Source of the DNA: a virus
Taxonomy: Duplodnaviria > Caudoviricetes
Length of the DNA stretch: 53,982 nt
IMG/VR virus record: IMGVR_UViG_3300044766_000063
Location: 1-53,982 of that record
Strand: one strand, 5' to 3'
The notes beneath the pieces are model-generated. The model saw only the letters and a list, made by a program, of their open reading frames with translations, was not told the origin of the DNA and made no database searches. Positions within the stretch are counted from its first letter, which is position 1; each line of letters starts with the position of its first letter. The position numbers were made by a program, and so were the translations under genes. Below, one piece after another: positions 9,516-19,961 of the stretch.

Positions 9516-10073
9516 ATGGCTATATACGCATTTAGTGATCTTGATGGAAAACGAATTACTACCGAGTTGGTGGATAATTATTCGGGTGAAATTGTTCACA
9601 TGGAACATGATCACCATGAAATCCATGATGGAACTACATTTAGATACGCTGATGCGGTAACGCTTGGCAGTGGTGCTTCCCAGGATTATCTCATTACAAC
9701 TCCCAACACAACCAAGTGGACGCACTTTACGTTTGAGGCAGACGGAACTGCGGTGACAACGTTTACTTTGTTTGAGGCGTCAGATAAAACCGGAACAACA
9801 CCCCAGTCGGTTTGGAATGCAAATCGAAATTCAACCACTACTGCTTCAACTACTGTTCATAAGGGAACCTCGGGCGGGACAACGGATGGTACTGCATTGA
9901 TGGTGTATTCATCCGGCGCTGCGGGAGCCGCAAGAAATGCTTCCAGCGTTTCCCATGATACGGAAATCATGCTCAAACAAAACACAAAATACATTTTTCG
10001 TGTCACAAGCGGCACGGCAGGCAATCTTTGTAATGTGTTCTTGAATTGGTATGAAGCAGTAAGTGCATTTTAA
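9516..10073 (+). CDS. Putative virion structural protein
   Basis: Thr-rich; EIMLKQNTKY...WYE C-terminal motif common in phage structural genes. Confidence 0.55.
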   Translation: MAIYAFSDLDGKRITTELVDNYSGEIVHMEHDHHEIHDGTTFRYADAVTLGSGASQDYLITTPNTTKWTHFTFEADGTAVTTFTLFEASDKTGTTPQSVWNANRNSTTTASTTVHKGTSGGTTDGTALMVYSSGAAGAARNASSVSHDTEIMLKQNTKYIFRVTSGTAGNLCNVFLNWYEAVSAF

Positions 10074-10091
10074 TTTACAGAGCGATAAAAC

Positions 10092-11684
10092 ATGACTTGG
10101 ACTAAAGACGCACCGTACAAAGCAGAATCAAAAAAAGTTGTTTGGGATGTTGCGCCTTATCTGAAAGGCAGAGGTCTGGATGTTGGTGCTGGCACATTCA
10201 AGGTGTTGCCGCATGTGATCAGCGTGGACAACTGCCAGGACTCTGACATGTTTGGTATTCCGATCATGCCGGATGTAAAGATCAAAACTGCCGACGATCT
10301 TGGAATATTCGCTTCACAGTCAATGGATTTTCTGTATAGCTCACATCTTCTCGAACACATGGTTGATCCCGAGAAGACCTTGAAAGAATGGTGGAGAGTC
10401 ATCAAGCCAAAGGGGTATTTGGTTCTTTATCTACCTCATGAAGACTTGTATCCGAAAGTGGGTGAAAAAGGAGCTAATCCTGATCATAAGCACAATCTGA
10501 ACGAAGAACAGGTCAGGCAATGGATGTACAAAATCGGATTCTGGGATTTGGAAGTCTGCGAAAAGCGAGATCAGGATGATGAGTATTCTTTCCTGATGGT
10601 CTTCCGCAAGCTGGATAGAGGCAGCAGACGAGAAAAGTACCCGGAAAGCTATCTTAACCCCAAGCCGGAGAAAACAGCCTGCGTGGTGCGATATGGAGCC
10701 TATGGTGACCTGATGATGGCTTCCAGCGTGTGGGCTGGCCTCAAAAAACAAGGTTACCACGTTACAGTCTTTGCTTCCCCTCCCGGATCGGATGTGATCA
10801 CTGAAGACCCGAATATCGACAAGCTGGTTCTATTCGATGTTGATCAAGTTCCAAATGGGAATCTGGGTGATTTCTGGGCAGTGCAGAAAAAGAAATACGA
10901 TAAATGGGTAAATCTCTGCGAGTCGGTGGAAATGACGTTTCTTGCATTGCCAAACCGTACACAACATTCCTGGCCTCCTGCGGTTCGGCACAAGATGTTG
11001 AACCACAATTATCTGCAACATCATCACGAACTGGCCGGAATTCCGCACGATCCGCAAATCAAGTTTTACCCGACCATCGAAGAAAGACGCTGGGCTGAAG
11101 ACATTCGCCACAAGATGAAAGCGGAGTTGGTTGTGATGTGGTCTCTGGCCGGAAGTAGTGTCCACAAAACATGGGCGGGGCTGGATCATATTATCGCCAG
11201 CATCATGCTTAACTTTCCAACAGCGCATGTAGTTCTTGTGGGCGGGGCAGATTGCGTAATTCTTGAAGCGGGCTGGGAAAAAGAACCCCGTGTTCATACA
11301 TTTTCCGGTAAATGGAAAATGCGGCAGACCATGGCGTTCATGGAGCAATGCGACCTCATTGTTGGCCCTGAAACTGGTGTTTTGAATGCCGCCTCGTGCA
11401 TGGATGTGAGCAAAGTTTGCATTCTCTCGCACAGTTCTTATGAAAATCTTACCCGTGACTGGAAAAACACCATCGCTATTGCCAGCGAGAACACGACTTG
11501 TCCTGGGCGTGGTGAAAACGAAGCTCCTGCCTGTCATTTACTACATTTCGGATGGGATCATTGTAAAAAAGATACGGAATCCGGTGTTGCCCAATGCCAG
11601 AAGGATATTGGTGTTGAAGAAGTCTGGAATCACGTTGATTGGTGCCTACAAGCCTTACAGGATCAAAAAAAGAAACGAGCGTGA
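10092..11684 (+). CDS. Fusion of class I SAM methyltransferase and GT9-like (heptosyltransferase-like) glycosyltransferase
   Basis: N-term GLDVGAG, SSHLLEH, EWWRVIKPKGYL; C-term VVRYGAYGD, HKTW, CDLIVGPETGVLNAA. Confidence 0.85.
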   Translation: MTWTKDAPYKAESKKVVWDVAPYLKGRGLDVGAGTFKVLPHVISVDNCQDSDMFGIPIMPDVKIKTADDLGIFASQSMDFLYSSHLLEHMVDPEKTLKEWWRVIKPKGYLVLYLPHEDLYPKVGEKGANPDHKHNLNEEQVRQWMYKIGFWDLEVCEKRDQDDEYSFLMVFRKLDRGSRREKYPESYLNPKPEKTACVVRYGAYGDLMMASSVWAGLKKQGYHVTVFASPPGSDVITEDPNIDKLVLFDVDQVPNGNLGDFWAVQKKKYDKWVNLCESVEMTFLALPNRTQHSWPPAVRHKMLNHNYLQHHHELAGIPHDPQIKFYPTIEERRWAEDIRHKMKAELVVMWSLAGSSVHKTWAGLDHIIASIMLNFPTAHVVLVGGADCVILEAGWEKEPRVHTFSGKWKMRQTMAFMEQCDLIVGPETGVLNAASCMDVSKVCILSHSSYENLTRDWKNTIAIASENTTCPGRGENEAPACHLLHFGWDHCKKDTESGVAQCQKDIGVEEVWNHVDWCLQALQDQKKKRA

Positions 11685-12067
11685 ACGAGTATATAAGAAT
11701 TTCAGGGCATCGAAAATATGCTACCTATGAGCATACAGTCATAGCAGAAAAAGTCCTCGGTAAAGAGCTTCCAAAAGAAGCAGAAGTGCATCATGTGGAT
11801 GGGGATAAAAGCAATAACGCACACCACAATCTAATTATTTGTCCAGATTCGGCATACCACAAATTACTGCACAGAAGACAGAAGGCGTTGGATGCCTGCG
11901 GTAATGCCGATTGGATCAAGTGCACTTATTGCAAGAAACATGATGATCCAAAAAATCTTACCGTAACTGTGCGCAGGGTATATGGATCACAGACGTACCT
12001 TGCATATCATAAATCTTGTAATACGGAAATTCACCGTAAATATCTCGAACGGACATTAGCATTATGA
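11681..12067 (+). CDS. Free-standing HNH endonuclease
   Basis: EHTVIAEKVLG...VHHVDGDKSNNAHHNL...YHKLLH; overlaps both neighbours. Confidence 0.85.
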   Translation: MNEYIRISGHRKYATYEHTVIAEKVLGKELPKEAEVHHVDGDKSNNAHHNLIICPDSAYHKLLHRRQKALDACGNADWIKCTYCKKHDDPKNLTVTVRRVYGSQTYLAYHKSCNTEIHRKYLERTLAL

Positions 12068-13020
12068 CTACATCCGGCGTTTTTTCATTCACTGTGAACA
12101 GAGATCAGGTCATCCGTGACGCCATGTTAAACATCGGCAAACTGGATGAAGTAGAAACTCCCTCCGCACAGGACATCACCGACTGCAATCTGAAACTGAA
12201 TATGCTCATCAAGCAATGGATGGGTGGATCAGACTTCGCGCCCAGTCTCAAGGTCTATAAACGGAAGTGGGGTTATCTGTTCCTGAATAACTCGACCAAC
12301 AAATACACGGTTGGCCCGAACGGAACGGGTTGGACAAACACCTTTGTTCGTCCCTTGACGACAGTAACAGCGGCAGCAGGCGCAGGTTCGATCACCGTTG
12401 CCAGTGCGACAGGTATTGTGACAGGTTATTACATCGGCATTGAACTCGCCTCCGGTGCTTTGTTCTGGACAACCGTTACGACTGTTGTTGGTCTGGTTGT
12501 GTCGTTGACCGCGACTCTGCCAAGCCAATCTGCCAGCGGGTCTCAAGTCTATTGTTATCAGACAGCAGCACAGCAACCACTCAACATCGAAACTGCGGTA
12601 TTGCGCGACAACAATAACGAAGACACGCCGCTGCGCTTCCTGAGAACTGTACAAGACTACGCCAATCTACCCAGCAAGACGGATTTGCTGAACATGTCCG
12701 ATCCTACGGCAATCTATTACGAGTTTCAGTTGACGAACAGCTTCCTCTATACAGATTGCGCCGCTGCACAGGATGTGACCAAGTACATCGTGGTTTCGTT
12801 CATGGAACCTGTACAAGATATGGTGAATCCTGCGGACAATTTCGACTATGCGCAGGAATGTTTCCTGGCAATCAGTTGGGGTCTCTCCAAACAGATCGCG
12901 CCCATGTACAACATGCCTTGGACGCAGAACATGGAAGCCAACTATAACTCTGCTGTAGCCATCGCAGGTCATAAAGACGCCGAAGTAACGACACTCTACT
13001 TCCAGCCCGGAGAAGAGTAA
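12064..13020 (+). CDS. Head-tail adaptor (P22 gp4-like position)
   Basis: N-term IRDAMLNIG..LNMLIKQW and C-term AISWGLSKQIAPMY; precedes the gp10-like gene. Confidence 0.65.
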   Translation: MTTSGVFSFTVNRDQVIRDAMLNIGKLDEVETPSAQDITDCNLKLNMLIKQWMGGSDFAPSLKVYKRKWGYLFLNNSTNKYTVGPNGTGWTNTFVRPLTTVTAAAGAGSITVASATGIVTGYYIGIELASGALFWTTVTTVVGLVVSLTATLPSQSASGSQVYCYQTAAQQPLNIETAVLRDNNNEDTPLRFLRTVQDYANLPSKTDLLNMSDPTAIYYEFQLTNSFLYTDCAAAQDVTKYIVVSFMEPVQDMVNPADNFDYAQECFLAISWGLSKQIAPMYNMPWTQNMEANYNSAVAIAGHKDAEVTTLYFQPGEE

Positions 13021-14534
13021 TGAAGCAGATTCAGCTTTTCGGGACAGGGTTGTTTGCCAACTCTGCGGTGATTAGCAGGCAACGCAGACTGAATTGTTTT
13101 TTTGAAATCAGAAAAGACGGCGACAAGGAAAAAATAGTAGTACGCGGAACCCCCGGCGTAACGACTTTATTGACATTGCCCACTGCGCCGATAAGAGGCT
13201 GGCGGGTAGTCAATAATGTTCTCTATGTTGTTGGCGGACTTACTTTGTACAAAGTATTAATAGATTTATCGTGGACTGCTGTAGGTGCTTTTGATGCAAA
13301 CTCAACCGGCTTTGTGAGTATCTCGGATAACAGTGTTCAGCTTCTGATTGTTGATGGATTTGCAGGTTATATCTATACGATAGTCACTGGGACATACGCA
13401 CAGACTGCGCTTAATACAGCCGGTTCTTTCGGAAAAATTACCGATGCAAATTTCCCCAATGGAACCGCCTCAGTCACTTTTCTGGATGGCAGACTGATCG
13501 CTGTAAAACCGAACACTCGCCAGTTTTATGTGAGTGAGTATTTTGACGGAACAGGTTGGACGAATTTTCAGGGTCTCCCGACTTATGCCACAAAAGACAA
13601 CAATTCCGACTTCCTGATCGCTGTCAGCGCAATGAATGGTGTGCTGACTTTATACGGCGAACAGTCGATTGAATTCTGGCAGAACGTCGGTAGTTCACCG
13701 TTACCCTTTGGAAGAATAGCCGGTGCTACACGTAATGTTGGACTGGCGGCGATATATTCCATTGCCTATATAGATGACATCCAGTTATTCCTCGGGCAGA
13801 ACTTGTACGGTGGATATTCCGAAGTAAACATATTGCAGGGTTTCAATTTGCAGCGTGTCAGCACGGACGATATTGAACACATCATCGGTAACTTGCCTGG
13901 ACACGTATGGCGCGATGCAATTGCATTCGGATACATGCTGGATGGGCACAAGATGTTCCAGATTACCTTCCCGGCAGCAAATAAATCTCTGCTTTACGAC
14001 ATTTCATCCGATCTGTGGAGTGAACTTCAGTCCGGTGTTGGTGTAACCGGAAGACACATTGCCAATCTTGGGATTACGTTCAATGCGCTGAACTTTGCAA
14101 GCGATGCCACAACCGGAAAAATCTATCAGTTGGATGATGAATTCACTACAGACAATGGAGCGCCAATCAAACGCCAACTGATCACCCGTCACATTGATAT
14201 GGGCGGGAATACTTTCTGTATTGATGAACTATATCTGGACATGGAAACCGGGGGAAATTCGGCTATTGGACATGCCGGTGGAGATTCTCAATACGGTGCA
14301 AATATTGATCCGCAAATAATGCTGCAAGTCTCGAAGGATAACGGCAGGACTTTCGGTATTGAACGTTGGAAATCCGTTGGGAAACTGGGTCAATACAGAA
14401 CTCCGCGTGTGATCTGGAACCGACTTGGTTCAGCACGGGATTTTGTTTTTCAGATCACCATGACTGATCCGATCTTGTTTGTTGTGATTGGCGGGGCGGT
14501 GAAGATAAGGCAGCAGGAAGGAAGAGAAGGATGA
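13020..14534 (+). CDS. P22 gp10-like tail hub / DNA stabilisation protein
   Basis: GEQSIEFWQNVG..PF, DGHKMFQITFP, DPQIMLQVSKDNGRTF and RVIWNRLGSARD motifs. Confidence 0.85.
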   Translation: MKQIQLFGTGLFANSAVISRQRRLNCFFEIRKDGDKEKIVVRGTPGVTTLLTLPTAPIRGWRVVNNVLYVVGGLTLYKVLIDLSWTAVGAFDANSTGFVSISDNSVQLLIVDGFAGYIYTIVTGTYAQTALNTAGSFGKITDANFPNGTASVTFLDGRLIAVKPNTRQFYVSEYFDGTGWTNFQGLPTYATKDNNSDFLIAVSAMNGVLTLYGEQSIEFWQNVGSSPLPFGRIAGATRNVGLAAIYSIAYIDDIQLFLGQNLYGGYSEVNILQGFNLQRVSTDDIEHIIGNLPGHVWRDAIAFGYMLDGHKMFQITFPAANKSLLYDISSDLWSELQSGVGVTGRHIANLGITFNALNFASDATTGKIYQLDDEFTTDNGAPIKRQLITRHIDMGGNTFCIDELYLDMETGGNSAIGHAGGDSQYGANIDPQIMLQVSKDNGRTFGIERWKSVGKLGQYRTPRVIWNRLGSARDFVFQITMTDPILFVVIGGAVKIRQQEGREG

Positions 14535-14977
14535 TCGCTTTTTCCAAAGAACCGTTTCAGGTTGTTGAAGATAATTTTTATCTGATCAAGGAACATTGGG
14601 ATGAGGTGGTTACAGACAGCAGGCCGCTCGATCCGTGGTGGGAATTATTCAGGGCGCAGGAAGCGGCAGGCGAATTAATTTGCTTTGTTGTACGCAAAGA
14701 AGAAACAGTAGTCGGCTATGCGGTATTTCAACTGCAACCGAACTTTCATAGTCGCAATTACAAAACAGCTTTCAACGATGCGGTGTTCTTGAGAAAAGAC
14801 TGTAGAAAAAACGGATTAGGAAAATCTTTTCTTGAATACTGCGACGAACAATTGGAAAAGACAGGCGTGAACATGATTATCTGGCATGTAAAACCTTCTG
14901 TAGATTTTTCAGGCGCATTGAAGTCCATTGGATATGAACATCATGCGACTACTTATGCAAGAACAATAGGAGGCTGA
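14531..14977 (+). CDS. GNAT-like acetyltransferase (morphogenesis module)
   Basis: DAVFLRKDCRKNGLGKSF acetyl-CoA motif; precedes ejection genes. Confidence 0.7.
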   Translation: MIAFSKEPFQVVEDNFYLIKEHWDEVVTDSRPLDPWWELFRAQEAAGELICFVVRKEETVVGYAVFQLQPNFHSRNYKTAFNDAVFLRKDCRKNGLGKSFLEYCDEQLEKTGVNMIIWHVKPSVDFSGALKSIGYEHHATTYARTIGG

Positions 14978-14978
14978 T

Positions 14979-15707
14979 ATGGGCGTTTCAGCGGTAGTCG
15001 GAATAGTTGGAGCGGTAGCGAGTGCAAGTTCTGCGCATGATGCGTCAGTTCAACAAGAAACAATGGGCAATAAAGCGATTGCGGCGCAACAACAAGCCCT
15101 GACTCAACAACAAGCTATACAGCAACCATACGTTACTGCCGGTCAGACAGCTTTGGATCGACTTGTACAAGGCACTGCGCCCGGTGGAGAGTTTGCCAAA
15201 CCATTTTCAATGGCAGATTCACCCGCACAACAATATGCCACTAAGAGTGCCTTGGCCGGAATGCAAAATCAGATGGCAGTCGGTGGACAAGGATTGTCTT
15301 CAAATGCGATTTCTGGCGCGGGCACCTTGGCTGCAAATATCGGCTCTCAATTTGAAAACCAAGCCTACAACCAGTGGCTGACTTCTCAACAGCAAGCCAT
15401 GGCACCTCTTCAGAATATAGCCTCCATGGGGCAGGCAAGTGCTTCAGGGCAAGCTGCCAATATTGGTCAATCGGCAAGCAATATTGGTAATTTGCAAACC
15501 GGGATTGGTAATGTTCAAGCTGCCGGGACAGTTGCTGGTGGCAATGCAATATCGGGAGCGGCAAACAACGCCAGTCAATATCTTATGTTGCAATCGTTGC
15601 TGGGCAAAGGCGGAACTACAGGAACGACTAACATTGGACAATTAACAAATCCGGGTCAAGCCCCTGCTGGTTATGACTGGGGAACAATGGGTCAGGCTTA
15701 TCAGTAA
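14979..15707 (+). CDS. DNA ejection / pilot protein (P22 gp7-like)
   Basis: Gln/Ala/Gly-rich, QPYVTAGQTAL motif, hydrophobic N-terminus. Confidence 0.75.
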   Translation: MGVSAVVGIVGAVASASSAHDASVQQETMGNKAIAAQQQALTQQQAIQQPYVTAGQTALDRLVQGTAPGGEFAKPFSMADSPAQQYATKSALAGMQNQMAVGGQGLSSNAISGAGTLAANIGSQFENQAYNQWLTSQQQAMAPLQNIASMGQASASGQAANIGQSASNIGNLQTGIGNVQAAGTVAGGNAISGAANNASQYLMLQSLLGKGGTTGTTNIGQLTNPGQAPAGYDWGTMGQAYQ

Positions 15708-15719
15708 CAGGAGAAAAAC

Positions 15720-17189
15720 ATGGCACTCGATCCTCAAATTCCGTTGTCTTCGACACAACAACCAAGTTTTACTCAAAACATGGGGCAAGCATTTCAATTA
15801 GCTGGTGCCTATGAAAAAAATCAGGAAATGCAGCAACAAAAACAAGATCAACAAACAATCCAGGGATACCTGAAAGAAGGTGGTAGCTTTGACACGCCAG
15901 ATGGTCTTGCTACTGCTGCTGAAAAATTAAAAGGTAAAGTTTCTCTTAATGCGTATCAAACAATCACGCAGGCGCATCAAGAATCGAAGCTGAATGAGAA
16001 AAAACAGATTGAAGCGTTAGCAAATGCTGATCTGGCAAAAATGGAAGTAGCCGGTAAAAAAAATGACTTATTGTTTCGTGCTGGCAAACCAGTTTTGGAT
16101 CAATATCAGGACGACTTGAAAAAGAATGCCGACAAAGGCAGTCAAGAAGCCCAAAGAATAGCCACTGAGAATTTTCAGAAAAATTGGCAGGGACAAGTTC
16201 AAGGGGTTGCGCCGACTGGTGTATTTCAACCACAAGAATTGCAAGATGCAGGTAGTTGGACTCCTGATGTGCTGAAGAAAAAAGTTGAGGGTTCTGAGTA
16301 TTTCCAAAAAATTAGCAAAGAAGCCGCTGAGTTGCGAAAGGTAAACGCACAAACAAGTAAAGAATTGGCACAGGCGGAATATTATCGAAAAGGTAAAGGT
16401 GCTGGTGCCGGTGCCATACCGGAAGAAATCACTCAGTCAACTTTGCACGGACAAGACTTTTTGGATTTACTCAAGCCCGGTGAGGCGGCAGATGTCTTGG
16501 CGGTAGCAGAAGGCCGGAAATCAATGAGCGACATTCCTGTAAAAGATGGTCGTAAGGCCCGCATAGGACAGTACGTTACTCAATTTGATCCTGGCTTTTC
16601 AAACATAAGAAATCCCGCCGACAAAGCAGCGGCTGTAGCGATTTCAAAAGACTTGTCAGCTATTCGTCCATACATTGATATGCTGGACAAGAACGCAGAA
16701 ATCGCCGTTGATCTATCGAAGAAAGTCATCGCAACAGACAGTCGGTTGCTCAACAAAAATATTAACTGGCTGAAGCAGAATATGGGCGACAACCCAGATG
16801 TTGCCGAATTCCTTGCTCAGACTACATTCGTTCAAACTGAGGCTGCCCGCGTCTTGAATAATCCGCGCTTGGTAGGCCAACTGACTGACACTGCACGACA
16901 AGAAATGGAACATGTCATTAGCGGTGATATGCCTTTAAAATCCTATGAGCGTGTGATTCGTCGTATCCAACAAGACGGTCAAAATCGTTTTCAGGCAATG
17001 GAAAATCAGCGCAATCGGTTGTTCGGCGGAAGCATTGGGCCAAAAGAAGTGCCGCAAAGTGAATTAAGGAATACAGGGAAATCCACGGAAGTTCCACGTG
17101 GAGCAGCGTCTGCCAAAGGTGAAGCGGCGTGGAGTGCTTCAGACGAAGCGAGACTGAAAGAACTGGAAGCTAAACATGGCGCTCAGTGA
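15720..17189 (+). CDS. Internal virion / ejection protein (gp20-like position)
   Basis: MALDPQIPL N-terminus; helical; synteny. Confidence 0.65.
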   Translation: MALDPQIPLSSTQQPSFTQNMGQAFQLAGAYEKNQEMQQQKQDQQTIQGYLKEGGSFDTPDGLATAAEKLKGKVSLNAYQTITQAHQESKLNEKKQIEALANADLAKMEVAGKKNDLLFRAGKPVLDQYQDDLKKNADKGSQEAQRIATENFQKNWQGQVQGVAPTGVFQPQELQDAGSWTPDVLKKKVEGSEYFQKISKEAAELRKVNAQTSKELAQAEYYRKGKGAGAGAIPEEITQSTLHGQDFLDLLKPGEAADVLAVAEGRKSMSDIPVKDGRKARIGQYVTQFDPGFSNIRNPADKAAAVAISKDLSAIRPYIDMLDKNAEIAVDLSKKVIATDSRLLNKNINWLKQNMGDNPDVAEFLAQTTFVQTEAARVLNNPRLVGQLTDTARQEMEHVISGDMPLKSYERVIRRIQQDGQNRFQAMENQRNRLFGGSIGPKEVPQSELRNTGKSTEVPRGAASAKGEAAWSASDEARLKELEAKHGAQ

Positions 17190-18642
17190 AATTGAAGAAC
17201 TGGAAATGCTTCGTCTTCGTAAGCAGAAGGCGATGGCTACTGCGGATACATCGCCGAAAGACGGCTATTCGTCTGAAGAATACGAAGCACCGAAGAAAAA
17301 GGATTACGTTAAAGCCGAAAAATCCCATGACTACTTGGGAAACGTAGTTCAGGCACTTTCGGAACCTGCTATTAAATTAGCCAGTGGAATGGTGGCTAAA
17401 CCAGTGTCGGAACTTGCAGGAATGGGTGCTGCGGCTTACGGATATGCAACAGGTAAGGATGTGGACGCACAAGGCATTCAAAAGAATGTACAGGAAAAGC
17501 TGACTTATGAGCCAAAAACAATGGCTGGCAAGTCTGCATACAATCCCCTGAATGCTATCCCTATGGCAATCGGAAAAGGTATTGAGGCAATTACACCAGA
17601 GAAGGCTGCGCCGGGTGAGGCAACCACTCTTACCGGCGCACTGAGAAATGTGGCAAGCGAAGCGATTCCTCAAGCAATTGGAATTGCTGGTGCGAAGTAT
17701 GCTCCTAAAGCTGCTGCGCCTGCGCAGAAAGCCGCAGAAGCATTGCGTTCCGGCGCTGAAAGTTTGATGAAAAGTGCATTAAAACCAACCGCCAAAGATT
17801 TAATGAATGGCAAAGCGGCAAAAGCTATAGATACCATGTTGGAGAAAAACATTCCTGCTACCCCCAAAGGCATTGAACAAATTCGTACCCAGATCGACGA
17901 ATTGAACGATCAGATCAAAGAAGCTATTGCTACTTCCCCGGAGCGAGTGGAAACAAGAAAATTGATGCGTCCTGTTGTCGAAAAACTAAAGGACTTCAAA
18001 AAACAGGTCAATCCTGACGCGGATATAAGTGCAATTAAAAAGTCATGGAATGAATTTAAGGATCATCCATTGTTGCAGCATGAAACGCCGCAACAGATTA
18101 TCCCCCGAAAAGTTGATCCCCAGACGGGCGCATCCACTCCTGAAAAAGTAATTCCCGCTTCAGGAAAAGAAGATATGTCTGTTCAAACTGCGCAGGAATT
18201 AAAGCAGGGAACCTATAAACAATTGGCAAAGAAATACGGACAACTTGGGTCGGCTGATGTGGAAGCCCAAAAAGCAATCGCGCGAGGATTGAAAGAACAG
18301 GTCGCTGAAAAAGTGCCAAAAGTGGCACCTTTGAATTTGGAAGAATCAAAGCTTCTTAATGTACTGTCCGTAGCTGAGAGACGCATTGTGATGGAGGCAA
18401 ACAAGAATCCAATGGGGTTGTCATTGCTTGCGAAAGACCCAAAATCGTGGGCCTTGTTTTTGGCAGATAGGTCGGCTGCTGCCAAATCTCTTTTGGCAAG
18501 AATAATGAATAGAACTTCACAAAAACTAACCGGCTCAAGTGCAGAAAAAGCGGCGAAAGGCGGATCGGTAATCGCTCCAACACAGGCTGATAAAGAAAAG
18601 AAGCAATATGAAATGAGTCAATCTCGGGAATTGGCACAATGA
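17176..18642 (+). CDS. Internal virion / ejection protein (gp16-like position)
   Basis: Ala/Lys-rich helical protein; third gene of the ejection module. Confidence 0.6.
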   Translation: MALSEIEELEMLRLRKQKAMATADTSPKDGYSSEEYEAPKKKDYVKAEKSHDYLGNVVQALSEPAIKLASGMVAKPVSELAGMGAAAYGYATGKDVDAQGIQKNVQEKLTYEPKTMAGKSAYNPLNAIPMAIGKGIEAITPEKAAPGEATTLTGALRNVASEAIPQAIGIAGAKYAPKAAAPAQKAAEALRSGAESLMKSALKPTAKDLMNGKAAKAIDTMLEKNIPATPKGIEQIRTQIDELNDQIKEAIATSPERVETRKLMRPVVEKLKDFKKQVNPDADISAIKKSWNEFKDHPLLQHETPQQIIPRKVDPQTGASTPEKVIPASGKEDMSVQTAQELKQGTYKQLAKKYGQLGSADVEAQKAIARGLKEQVAEKVPKVAPLNLEESKLLNVLSVAERRIVMEANKNPMGLSLLAKDPKSWALFLADRSAAAKSLLARIMNRTSQKLTGSSAEKAAKGGSVIAPTQADKEKKQYEMSQSRELAQ

Positions 18643-19961
18643 AACTCCTGATCATAGATGTTGAAAACGCAATGCTCTCCTGGGCATGGAGAGCCGCCCA
18701 AGCAGGTCATGAAGTCAGGTGGTTCGTTAAGCCTGAAGCTCTGGATCGGGAAGAAGTCGGTAACGGTTTCAAAGGTGTGGAGAAGATCGACAACTTTGTA
18801 CCCAGCCTGAAATGGGCAGACCTAATCTTGGTGAGTAGCAACAACAAATACATCGAACGCCTGACTGCTTTGAAGAAACAAGGCTTTCCAGTCTTTGGCC
18901 CGACGACCGAATCTGCCAAGCTGGAAATCTCCCGTAAAGCAGGTATGGAGTTGTTGAAGAAGGTTGGGATCGAGGTTGTGCCTTACGAGACTTTCAACAC
19001 CATGGAAGAAGCGGCCAAGCATGTGGAAAAGACCGGCCAGAGATTTGTGTTCAAGACCATGGGCGACAATGAAGATAAAGCTCTGACTTATGTTTCCAAG
19101 TCCGCTGCGGATATGCTGACGTGGATCGAGGGGAAGATCAAGCAGAACCAGAAACCGAAAGGCGAGGTGATGCTTCAGGAATTTGTTAAAGGCATTGAAA
19201 TGGGCGTGTCCCGTTTCATGGGAAGTAAAGGTTTTATCGGGCCTTGGAACGAGTCGTTCGAGTACAAGAAGATGATGCCCGGTAACTACGGCCCCAACAC
19301 GGGAGAAATGGGCACCATAGCCTATTTCACCAAAGATAGTGTCCTGGGTGCGGAGACTTTAGCCAAGGTAGAAAAAGAACTTGTCGCAATGGGCCACACA
19401 GGAGACGTTGCCATAGGCTTTATGATCCCCGAGGATGGTAAGCCTCGTCCAACTGAGTTTACGGTGCGCTGGGGCTGGCCTATTGCCAATATGATGCTGG
19501 CTTCGATTGAGGGCGATCCAATTACTTGGATGAAAGACGCTTTGGCTGGGAAAGACACAACTGCGTTCAAAGAAGACATTGGATGTTGTCTCGTACTTGC
19601 TCATGGTGACTTTCCGCACAACAAATTGCCTGTTGAAGATTTTCAGGGGCTTCCTATTTACGGCATCACCAAAGGTAACAAGAAATATCTTCATCCTCAG
19701 TCCGTGAAAATTGATGTCATGCCTGACATGGATGGAGAAAAGGTGGTAAGACGGCCTGTGTGGAATACCACTGAGCGTTATGCACTTGTCGTTACAGGTT
19801 TTGGTAAAGATGTGAAGCAAGCCAAGGATCGCGCCTATAAAACCATGGAACAGTTGCAGCTTGCTAATCCGGTAGTCCGTGATGATATAGGTGAAGACTT
19901 GAAAGAGAAGTTACCCAAGCTGCATGAAATGGGTTTCGCCACTCATGTCAACTATGATTGA
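18639..19961 (+). CDS. PurD (GAR synthetase)-like ATP-grasp ligase
   Basis: FGPT..AKLEISR, GPNTGEMG, EFTVRWGWP and VRDDIG resemble PurD motifs; the N-terminal GxGGREH motif is absent. Confidence 0.75.
   Translation: MKLLIIDVENAMLSWAWRAAQAGHEVRWFVKPEALDREEVGNGFKGVEKIDNFVPSLKWADLILVSSNNKYIERLTALKKQGFPVFGPTTESAKLEISRKAGMELLKKVGIEVVPYETFNTMEEAAKHVEKTGQRFVFKTMGDNEDKALTYVSKSAADMLTWIEGKIKQNQKPKGEVMLQEFVKGIEMGVSRFMGSKGFIGPWNESFEYKKMMPGNYGPNTGEMGTIAYFTKDSVLGAETLAKVEKELVAMGHTGDVAIGFMIPEDGKPRPTEFTVRWGWPIANMMLASIEGDPITWMKDALAGKDTTAFKEDIGCCLVLAHGDFPHNKLPVEDFQGLPIYGITKGNKKYLHPQSVKIDVMPDMDGEKVVRRPVWNTTERYALVVTGFGKDVKQAKDRAYKTMEQLQLANPVVRDDIGEDLKEKLPKLHEMGFATHVNYD

Noticed and set aside
18639-19961. True purD auxiliary metabolic gene
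   Set aside because: Substrate-binding motifs are altered and no other purine genes are present; symbol withheld
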